A DNA stretch of 64,000 nt from a virus. Of this stretch, positions 36,309 through 44,076 are shown piece after piece. Position numbers and translations under genes: made by a program. The notes under the pieces were generated by a model. That model did not search any database. It worked only from the letters and a program-made list of their open reading frames with translations, and was not told where the DNA came from. The DNA lies in the IMG/VR virus record IMGVR_UViG_3300035701_009377, positions 1 through 64,000 of that record; one strand, 5' to 3'. Position 1 is the first letter of the stretch; the number at the start of each line of letters is the position of its first letter.

Positions 36309-37052
36309 CTAGCGGACGCGGCCGGACCCGGCTTCCTCTTCGACCCGCTCGACGCCGTTGTCCTTGACGCTCAGGAAGGCGACGATCTGCTTGCAGATTG
36401 CCTCCTCGGACGGGACCTTGGGAAACGGGGTCGAGCACTTCGTCACCAGCGGGGCGTGCCACGCGCCGTAACGGTTCTCCACCAGCTTGGTCCGCAGGGT
36501 GACGGGGACTGGACCATGCGCTTCGAGGCTGCTGACAGCCTCGCCGGCCTCACGCTTGCGCTGGATGTCGCCCTCGGTCAGCGGCAGGTAGGGGAAGATG
36601 CGCTTGGCCTCCCGCAAAGCGCTGGTGTTGCCGCAGAAGAACTCCAAGAACCGGGCCGTCGAGCGCTCGTAGACCAGGAAGGAGATGCCGGCTTGGCAGT
36701 GGGAATTGGGCGTCTTGGTCCGCTCTTCGATGTCCTGGAAGGTCTTGGAAGCGCGGTCGTAGCTGACGACGATGGCCTGCATGTCGCGCATGTCGATGGC
36801 CTTCGGCCGCCGCGCCAGCGGCAGGATGTCCACGGAGGTGCCGAGGTCGATGATCTCGTCCTCCGACTCCTTGATGCCGTAGTGGCCCTGGGGAATGAGG
36901 CCCTGCTGGTTGACCTTGCTCTTGGTAAAGAGTTGCAGCCGGCCGATGAAATCGCTTCCCTTGGCGAGATCGGCGAACTGGTCGTCGGTGCCAATCTGGG
37001 TGGAGGGAAGCTGGTTGAGGTTGACGGGAACCAAAGCAGTGGTGTCGGACAT
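36309..37052 (-). CDS. Putative ssDNA-binding / recombination protein
   Basis: OB-like beta pattern, acidic stretch near C-terminus, replication-module position. Confidence 0.45.
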   Translation of the reverse strand: MSDTTALVPVNLNQLPSTQIGTDDQFADLAKGSDFIGRLQLFTKSKVNQQGLIPQGHYGIKESEDEIIDLGTSVDILPLARRPKAIDMRDMQAIVVSYDRASKTFQDIEERTKTPNSHCQAGISFLVYERSTARFLEFFCGNTSALREAKRIFPYLPLTEGDIQRKREAGEAVSSLEAHGPVPVTLRTKLVENRYGAWHAPLVTKCSTPFPKVPSEEAICKQIVAFLSVKDNGVERVEEEAGSGRVR

Positions 37053-37112
37053 GGTTGTACCTGGGGTTTCGGGATTCGGGACTCGACGGGCGGATTCGGT
37101 GCAGGACTCAGT

Positions 37113-38012
37113 TCACGATTCGTCGTCGCTACATAGGCCCTCCTCGGTCTGCATTTTCAGCCTCATTTGGATTCTGCGGTGCTGTTCTTCGACGCTCGTG
37201 GCGTCCAGGTGGAGCGCCCATTGCAAAGCGAGCCGCCAGCCATCCAGCGGCGATTGGCAGTTCCCTGCCGCGAGCAAGAGCGGCGCGGCGCACGGCTGCT
37301 GGTATTCAGAGACAAGTTCCTTGACGTTGCGCAGGTGCGGCACTGGCGCGGCGTCTGGATCATAGAACACGTCCATCTTTCCGTGCCGCACCGCCTCCTG
37401 GTACTTCTTGAGAAAAGCGCCAACCGTCACGCGGAACTCCGAGACAGGGGCGGCTTTCGCCAGAGGGACAAACTGGGGCTGGTGGACTCGCGGGATTCGC
37501 GCCAGCCTGTAGGCCGATTCCAGCGGAATCTCCCCCCGGTCCACGCACTTCTGGATGTCAGCGCGAAGCGCCAACAGGTGCAGTTTGTCCCGCACCCAGC
37601 CGGGACTCTTGTGGACCATCGTCGCCACCCGCGCGATGGTTGCGCCGGGCTTGCTCGACAATATCTTCTTCAACTGCCGGGCGAACTCCGTGGGCGTCGT
37701 GTCCAGCCGCACCGCATTTGCCTGAATCTGGATCGCCAGCACGTCTTCGTCCGTCAAGTTGTGCTTGACAGTGCATGGCACCACGGGCAGGCACAATTCG
37801 CGGGCGGCGGTGAAACGCCGAAGGCCGTCCACTACTTCATACTTGCCGGAGTGTCGCGGCGACGGCCGCACGCAGATGGAATTCAGGAATCCCTTGTCGG
37901 CCAGCGAGTCCCGCAGTTCCAGGTACTCGACCGACTCCTTGTTCACCAGGCGCAGGACCAGCCACGGTTCCACAAGCTGGTCGGTCGGGATGTCTCGGTT
38001 TTCGTCGGGCAC
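37113..38012 (-). CDS. parB: ParB/Spo0J family protein (second copy)
   Basis: ELRDSL..KGFLNSICVRP, VVDGLRRFTA, QANAVR, HTH. Confidence 0.85.
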   Translation of the reverse strand: MPDENRDIPTDQLVEPWLVLRLVNKESVEYLELRDSLADKGFLNSICVRPSPRHSGKYEVVDGLRRFTAARELCLPVVPCTVKHNLTDEDVLAIQIQANAVRLDTTPTEFARQLKKILSSKPGATIARVATMVHKSPGWVRDKLHLLALRADIQKCVDRGEIPLESAYRLARIPRVHQPQFVPLAKAAPVSEFRVTVGAFLKKYQEAVRHGKMDVFYDPDAAPVPHLRNVKELVSEYQQPCAAPLLLAAGNCQSPLDGWRLALQWALHLDATSVEEQHRRIQMRLKMQTEEGLCSDDES

Positions 38013-38036
38013 TGGCGTCCTTTCGCGTCAACTGGA

Positions 38037-38117
38037 CACCTACACATGAGGCCCAAACACGAAGAATTTCCAAAGAAACTTTGGAAAATCGGAGGTTTTG
38101 GGCCTCATGTGTAGGTG
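38037..38117. repeat. 81-bp nested inverted repeat between divergent arms
   Basis: 21-bp perfect arms CACCTACACATGAGGCCCAAA (38037-38057 / 38097-38117), 9-bp spacers, inner TTTCCAAAG-AAA-CTTTGGAAA. Confidence 0.9.
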
Positions 38118-38189
38118 ACACTGTTCGCGGCAATCGCACGAGCAAGAGCGCGTTGGATAGAGCGTTTATACGCACCTTGAGGACGAGCC

Positions 38190-40847
38190 TTGAAAGTCAC
38201 CGAAGCCTTCCGCAATTTCCTCCAAGCCCGAAAGACGGCGGCCAATGCCGATCTTGCGGACGCCTGGACGCCAGCAATGGAGACGCAGTTGAACGTGGCT
38301 CCAGGGAAAGGCGAGCCGGTCGCCGGGAAACGGTCAACCTGGTCGGACGGGATCAACAGTTGGTTCAACATCCGCATCCCCAAGAACGCCGCCACCGACC
38401 CCTCCTTTGACGATTACACGCTCACCTTCCCGCTCGAAGAGCACGCCGAGGGGATCGGCTGTACGGGTTGGGATTGGCAGAACCGCTCGTCGCGGTGGGT
38501 CGGCTTCGACTTCGATGCCATTACCGGCCATGCCAAGGGAGTCGGCATTTCGGACGAAGCCTTGCAGCAGGTCAAGGAAGCCGCCTGCGCGCTGCCATAC
38601 GTCGAAGTCCGCAAGAGCACCGGCGGGGGCGGCATCCACCTGTACGTGCGCTTCGATGGCATCCCCACGGCGAATCACACCGAGCACGCTGCCTTGGCCC
38701 GATGCGTGTTGGGCATGATGGCGAGTGAAACCGGCTTCGACTTCGCCAGTCAGATCGACGCCTGCGGTGGAGTGATGTGGATTTGGCACCGCAAGATGAC
38801 GGCCGCCAACCAGGGGCTTTCCATCATCAAGCCGGCGACCAAGGTGCTCACCGCTGCCGACCTGCCGGCTAACTGGCGGGACCACATCGAGGTCGTGACC
38901 CGACGCCGCACGAAGGTCCGCATCAACGAGATCGCGGAGGAGTACCTAGACCCCTTCGAGGCGTTGGCCTCGTCCCGGAGGATCGTCCCGTTGGACAAGA
39001 GCCACAAGGCCCAGATCGAGGCCCTGATGCGATCCAACTTCACTACGCTCTGGATCGCCGACCACCATCTGCTACAGACCCATACCTGCGCCCTGAAAGC
39101 CTTGATGGAAGGAGAAGAGGCCAAGGAACTCAAGCTGACGGGCCTTTTCAGGACAAACAGCGAGGGGCGCGACCCCGGCTCTCCCAACTGTTTCCTCTTT
39201 CCGCTCCCCAATGGCGCGTGGAAGGTCTACCGCTTTTCGCAAGGCGTGGGCGAGGCAGAGACCTGGACGCAGGATGGTCAGGGGTGGACTACCTGCTACT
39301 TCAACCGGGCACCCGATTTGGGAACCGTCTGCAAGGCGTTCGGCGGGGTCGAAGACCCGGACCAAGGCGGCTACGTCTTCGCGACCGCCGACAAGGCCGT
39401 CGAAGCCGCCCGCGTCCTGGGTCAGGAGATCGAGCTTTCCGACAAACGGATGCAGGCCCGCCGCGCGACGCTCAAGGCCCACAAGGACGGCCGCCTGGTG
39501 GCCCAGATCGAGAGTGCTAAAGACGACAGGCAATTGCCCAACTGGCTCGACAAAAAGGGCAAGTGGGTGCGCGTCTTCGACGTGAAGATCGACGCCGAGA
39601 AAAAGGACGATCTGGGCTCCACGGAATACGACAGCCTCGTCCGCGCCATCAAGACTACCGGCAAGCACTTCACCGGCTGGGCCGTCAGGGACAACGAGGA
39701 GTGGGTCTGGCAGCCGAGCGGCAACGTCAAGACCTATTTGCAGGACATGGGCCTTCCCAGGAACGAAGCGGAAGCGATCATGGGCGGAGCCGTCAAGCGG
39801 TCTTGGAAGCTCGTGAACATCCCCTTTCACCCGGAGTATCCCGGCGGGCGGCAATGGAACATGGACGCTGCGCAGTTCCGCTTCAAGCCGGTCGAGCTGG
39901 CCGAAGACGAAGCCCCGCTCCATCCGCACTGGGACTTGATCTTCAATCACTTTGGGACCGACTTGACCCCGGCCCTCCAAGAATTGGCCTGGGCACGAGA
40001 GGCCGGGATCAAGACGGGAGGCGACTACATGAAGATGTGGCTGGCCTGCTCCTTCCGCGACCCGTTCGAGCCAGCGCCCTACATCTTCGCCTACGGGCCG
40101 GAGGACTGCGGCAAGTCGATCATCCACGAAGCGATCAAGCTGCTTGTGACCAAGGGCGTCGTCGAAGCCGACGGCGCTCTGGGCAGCAATAACGACTTCA
40201 ACGGCGAGCTGGCCAACGCGGTTCTGTGCGTGGTCGAAGAAGTTGACCTCACCAAGGCCAAGGGCGCGCACGCCAAGATCAAGAAGTGGGTGACGAGCCT
40301 TGTCCTCTCCATCCGCCAGATGCGAACCGACCGCTATGAACAGCCCAACACCACGCACTGGATTCAGTGCGCCAACGACCCGAAAAATTGCCCCGTCTTT
40401 CCCGGCGACACGCGCATCACGGTCATCTACGTCAACGACCTGCCGCCCAAGGCGAAGATTCCCAAGAAGGAACTTCTGCTGAAACTCGAAGCGGAAGCGC
40501 CGCACTTCATGCGAACGCTCTTGGACCTGCAACTACCGACCGTCCAGGACCGCTTGCGGCTGCCGGTCGTCGCCACGGCCCGCAAGCTTCAAGCGGAAGA
40601 AAGCAACCGCACGCTTCTGGAACAGTTCATCGCGGAGTGCTGCATCGAGAGAATGGGCGAGCGCACCCTGTACAAAGACTTCTTCGACCGATTCGAGGCG
40701 TGGATGGACCCCGCCGAGCGGCACCACTGGTCGCGGATAGCGACCATCAGGGAGCTTCCCATCCGCTTCCCCGCCGTCAACGGCCACGCCAACAAGAAGT
40801 ACGTCAGCAACCTCGTGCTGCGACCGGAGACCGGCGAGCCGTGTTAA
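38190..40847 (+). CDS. Primase-polymerase / helicase-like NTPase fusion
   Basis: GFDFD, STGGGGIHLY; Walker A GPEDCGKS, VVEE, GDTR. Confidence 0.85.
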   Translation: MKVTEAFRNFLQARKTAANADLADAWTPAMETQLNVAPGKGEPVAGKRSTWSDGINSWFNIRIPKNAATDPSFDDYTLTFPLEEHAEGIGCTGWDWQNRSSRWVGFDFDAITGHAKGVGISDEALQQVKEAACALPYVEVRKSTGGGGIHLYVRFDGIPTANHTEHAALARCVLGMMASETGFDFASQIDACGGVMWIWHRKMTAANQGLSIIKPATKVLTAADLPANWRDHIEVVTRRRTKVRINEIAEEYLDPFEALASSRRIVPLDKSHKAQIEALMRSNFTTLWIADHHLLQTHTCALKALMEGEEAKELKLTGLFRTNSEGRDPGSPNCFLFPLPNGAWKVYRFSQGVGEAETWTQDGQGWTTCYFNRAPDLGTVCKAFGGVEDPDQGGYVFATADKAVEAARVLGQEIELSDKRMQARRATLKAHKDGRLVAQIESAKDDRQLPNWLDKKGKWVRVFDVKIDAEKKDDLGSTEYDSLVRAIKTTGKHFTGWAVRDNEEWVWQPSGNVKTYLQDMGLPRNEAEAIMGGAVKRSWKLVNIPFHPEYPGGRQWNMDAAQFRFKPVELAEDEAPLHPHWDLIFNHFGTDLTPALQELAWAREAGIKTGGDYMKMWLACSFRDPFEPAPYIFAYGPEDCGKSIIHEAIKLLVTKGVVEADGALGSNNDFNGELANAVLCVVEEVDLTKAKGAHAKIKKWVTSLVLSIRQMRTDRYEQPNTTHWIQCANDPKNCPVFPGDTRITVIYVNDLPPKAKIPKKELLLKLEAEAPHFMRTLLDLQLPTVQDRLRLPVVATARKLQAEESNRTLLEQFIAECCIERMGERTLYKDFFDRFEAWMDPAERHHWSRIATIRELPIRFPAVNGHANKKYVSNLVLRPETGEPC

Positions 40848-41014
40848 TCCGCGTCTACCGAACCGAGCCTTGTACCCCGTCCGTGCTCCGAGCGTCCATG
40901 CTCGCCGAAGTGGAAGTAGGCAGACCGCCCGAAGACCCAGACCTTTTCGCCGACAACTATGGCGGCGATTTCATTGAGATTGAACCCCTTGACCCCGAGG
41001 ACAAGACACCATGA
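40841..41014 (+). CDS. Small hypothetical protein
   Basis: Coupled acidic ORF. Confidence 0.45.
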   Translation: MLIRVYRTEPCTPSVLRASMLAEVEVGRPPEDPDLFADNYGGDFIEIEPLDPEDKTP

Positions 41015-41493
41015 CGCAGATCAAGGATTCCGGCACCCGTTCCAACTTCACGACCGGCGCAGTCCGGGACGGACAAGACGGCAAAGGCCGCATGGACCTC
41101 TTGCCCGTTCGGGCGCTGATCGAGGTCGCCAAGATATTCGAGGCCGGAGCGAAGAAGTACGCCGCAAGGAATTGGGAGAAGGGAATCCCGCTCTCCCGCT
41201 ACATGGACAGCGGCTTGCGCCACGCCATGAAATGGCTGCGGGGCGACCGGGACGAGCCGCACCTGGCGATGGCCTGCTGGAACTTCCTCTGCCTGCAAGA
41301 CACGCAGCTTCGCATCACCGAAGGGCTGCTGCCGATGGAACTCAACGATCTGCCCTGCAATCCCATCCCACGGACGCCGGAAGCCAGGGCTACGCTGATC
41401 GACACGTCGCGACTGACTATCCGCCGACAGCGTAAAGGCACCCGAGAGGCCAAGAACCCCGTCTACCAGAAGACGAGGAAGAGCCGTGGTTAA
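41011..41493 (+). CDS. dATP/dGTP diphosphohydrolase-like (DUF5664) protein
   Basis: GAVRD...KGRMDLLP, GAKKYAARNWEKG, RH, E.HL. Confidence 0.85.
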   Translation: MTQIKDSGTRSNFTTGAVRDGQDGKGRMDLLPVRALIEVAKIFEAGAKKYAARNWEKGIPLSRYMDSGLRHAMKWLRGDRDEPHLAMACWNFLCLQDTQLRITEGLLPMELNDLPCNPIPRTPEARATLIDTSRLTIRRQRKGTREAKNPVYQKTRKSRG

Positions 41494-42100
41494 AGTCTAC
41501 TCGGGCCTGGTCCACCTCAACGGCAACCTCATGGCGGCCGTCGATCTGGAAACGACTGGCACGCAGCCGGGCTACCACGAGATCATCCAGATTGCCGTCG
41601 TGCCCTTGGACTCGGACTTTAAGTTGCCGGAAGGCGTGCGGCCATTCTACACCTACATCAGGCCCAACTACCCGGAGCGGGAGACGCCGGCCGCCACGCA
41701 GAAGCACAAGATTCCGATGACGGAACTTCTGCTCCACGCGCCGAGTTCCGAGCGTGTGCAAGATTGGCTGGTTGAGTGGTGGGAGGCATTGGACCTGCCG
41801 TTCCAGAAAAGCCTGGTGCCGCTGGCTCACAACTGGGCCTTCGAGTCCAGCTTCTTGAAGGCGTGGCTGGGCGTGCCACTGGTGGACAAGCTCTTTCACA
41901 GCCATGCCAGGGACTCGATGCTCTATGCCATCTCGCTCAATGACCGCTACGCCTGCGCCGGCGAGCCGGTCCCCTTCAATCGCGTCAGCCTCGGCTCGCT
42001 CTGCAACAAGCTCGACATCGTGAACACCAATCCCCACGACGCTTTGGCCGACTGCTTGGCCGAGGCCGAGGTCTACCGCACGCTGCTGCGGATGTACTGA
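41486..42100 (+). CDS. DEDDh 3'-5' exonuclease
   Basis: VDLETTG, AHNWAFE, HDALAD. Confidence 0.85.
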   Translation: MVKVYSGLVHLNGNLMAAVDLETTGTQPGYHEIIQIAVVPLDSDFKLPEGVRPFYTYIRPNYPERETPAATQKHKIPMTELLLHAPSSERVQDWLVEWWEALDLPFQKSLVPLAHNWAFESSFLKAWLGVPLVDKLFHSHARDSMLYAISLNDRYACAGEPVPFNRVSLGSLCNKLDIVNTNPHDALADCLAEAEVYRTLLRMY

Positions 42101-42111
42101 GAAAGGCCGCG

Positions 42112-42573
42112 ATGGGCGATACGAAGACCGCATACCCGCCATGCGCAAAACGGCTCGAAGGCAAGGTCAATAGGGTCGTGACGCACGCCAAGTGCAATGA
42201 CCGCTCCAAGGACCGTTGCGGGCAACTCGTCAGGTCAGCGGACTGCCAGCGCTGCATCGCCGGCCCGGAAGCTGAACAGCCCGAATCCTCCAACAAAGAA
42301 GCCGACGGCGCGCCGGTCCCTGAGCCGCCGGGCCTGGTGCGCCGGGCGCTTTCCTACGCGGAGGCCCTTGCCCAATGGACGGCCGCCGGCCGACCCGAAC
42401 GGTCGGACAAGGATGTCGAGCACATCTTCACCGCCTTCTGCAAGCCCTGCCGCTGGTTCCATCGCCACCGGCAAATCTGCCGGGGCTGTGGCTGCCGCGT
42501 GGCCGACAAGGGATTCGCTATCACCAACAAGATCAAGATGGCCACCGAACACTGCCCACGAAACCTGTGGTGA
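42112..42573 (+). CDS. Cys-rich hypothetical protein
   Basis: CKPC...CRGCGC...KIKMATEHCP..LW. Confidence 0.7.
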   Translation: MGDTKTAYPPCAKRLEGKVNRVVTHAKCNDRSKDRCGQLVRSADCQRCIAGPEAEQPESSNKEADGAPVPEPPGLVRRALSYAEALAQWTAAGRPERSDKDVEHIFTAFCKPCRWFHRHRQICRGCGCRVADKGFAITNKIKMATEHCPRNLW

Positions 42574-42578
42574 GAGCC

Positions 42579-42965
42579 ATGCCCTGCGATTGCCCGGAAG
42601 AACAACCTAGACCGACGCCGACCGGCGGCTGCAACTATCTCGTCTATTCTGGCGGCCCGCTGTCGAGCTTCTATCGCCTCGTGGAACAGGCCATCCCCGA
42701 CGTGGAACTCGCGCACAGCCGCCCCACCGTCCACGCAGACGGATCATTAGAATTTCCCGGCTCCCCGCCCGAACTGGCCGGCTATCGCCGCGACGGCCAG
42801 CGCCTCCATCCTATCTGGCCGCCATGCACGCTACGGATGCTCAAGGTCCAGGTCATCGACGCCACGTTGAAGATCGAGGGCGTCTGCGGCAATCCCCAGG
42901 CAGAGCATTTCGGCCACATGGCTGCCGTAGACCAGTGCCGCGATTGTCCGACACGGCGGTCCTGA
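42579..42965 (+). CDS. Cys-rich hypothetical protein
   Basis: MPCDC...C..C; follows previous gene. Confidence 0.6.
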   Translation: MPCDCPEEQPRPTPTGGCNYLVYSGGPLSSFYRLVEQAIPDVELAHSRPTVHADGSLEFPGSPPELAGYRRDGQRLHPIWPPCTLRMLKVQVIDATLKIEGVCGNPQAEHFGHMAAVDQCRDCPTRRS

Positions 42966-43082
42966 TCTCATCCCCGGAATACAAGACGCCCAGGCGGAAA
43001 TCCACCTGGGCATCTCATTCAACCGCGCCTTCGCCCACCAGCCGCACCAACACGCCCGGCCGCCCCGTCTCGTAGACCTTTG

Positions 43083-43262
43083 CTACTTCCCGCGCCGCAG
43101 ACGCCCCAGCGTCTTGGCCAGATTGACCTGGCGCTTCGTCGTGGGTGAAATGGTCTTTGGTGGGTGCGTTATGTAGGCTCCCAGCGACATTCCGGCGGCC
43201 TTCGCTTTGCGCGTCAGCGCGCCGGGGTGCTGGATCGCACCCTGAATCCACTTCTTCGCCAT
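43083..43262 (-). CDS. Small basic phage protein
   Basis: MAKKWIQGAIQHPGAL...RQVNLAKTL; GGGAG RBS. Confidence 0.65.
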   Translation of the reverse strand: MAKKWIQGAIQHPGALTRKAKAAGMSLGAYITHPPKTISPTTKRQVNLAKTLGRLRRGK

Positions 43263-43287
43263 TTTCTGGCTCCCTTCTGATTGAGGT

Positions 43288-44067
43288 TCACGGACAAACG
43301 TAAGAAACATACAGATCGTAGACATAGCGATCCACGTCAAACGCCCCGATCCAGAGCGTTTCATACCATCGAGCGGCAGCATAGTCATAGTGGTAGCCCA
43401 TGCTGATCGGCTGGTCGTAGTAGACGTGACTTCCGGCCGACTCGCTGCTCTGGTAGCTTGGAGTAAGAGCTGGCACCCATCCCGAACCAACGACCGTCGA
43501 GTCCATATTGCTGCACTGATACCAATACTCGTCTTGGCCGCCAACCTGCCGGATTTGTCCAGTATCAACCCAGCGGTCCTGGTAGATGCAATTGAGCCAG
43601 TGCAGGTGCCGCAGCGTGTAGTGAATGATCTGGCCCCCAGGCCCGCCGATGCACTCCACCAGATGCGCCATCGCATCCGTTCCGATGATGGCGGCAGCCG
43701 CCTCGTAGGTGATGTTCCCGTAGAGGTACTGCGTCACCGCGTTGGCCCCTTGCGAGCCGCCGGGTACGCAACACGGCTCATGGGGTTGGCAGTCGCACCA
43801 GCCGTCGTCAATGGCAGCGTCAAGCTCGTCGATGATCGCCTTGAGCCACTTGCCGGTAGAAGGGACGTTGAAGACGTTGTTGGAACAAATCTCCACGAGC
43901 TTGCCGCGTGCCGCCGCGATGTCCGCCGCACTCCATCGGTGCGGCGCGGTCACCAGCGGCAACCCATCCAGGGCATCGCAGCCCTCGGGTGGATTGGCGG
44001 CCAGCACATTGATCCGCTCAATCAGGCCGTTCCATGCTTCCAGCGTCAGTGGACAGGTGGCAGCCAT
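43288..44067 (-). CDS. Tail-distal Cys-rich protein (possible receptor binding)
   Basis: Follows tail tip gene; CDC..CC hinge; aromatic-rich C-terminus. Confidence 0.55.
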   Translation of the reverse strand: MAATCPLTLEAWNGLIERINVLAANPPEGCDALDGLPLVTAPHRWSAADIAAARGKLVEICSNNVFNVPSTGKWLKAIIDELDAAIDDGWCDCQPHEPCCVPGGSQGANAVTQYLYGNITYEAAAAIIGTDAMAHLVECIGGPGGQIIHYTLRHLHWLNCIYQDRWVDTGQIRQVGGQDEYWYQCSNMDSTVVGSGWVPALTPSYQSSESAGSHVYYDQPISMGYHYDYAAARWYETLWIGAFDVDRYVYDLYVSYVCP

Positions 44068-44076
44068 GCTTGCACC

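Noticed and set aside
41011-41493. Z-genome or 7-deazaguanine system suggested by the DUF5664-like gene
   Set aside because: No purZ, dpdA, folE or queC/D/E-like genes seen in this window; cannot exclude them outside it.
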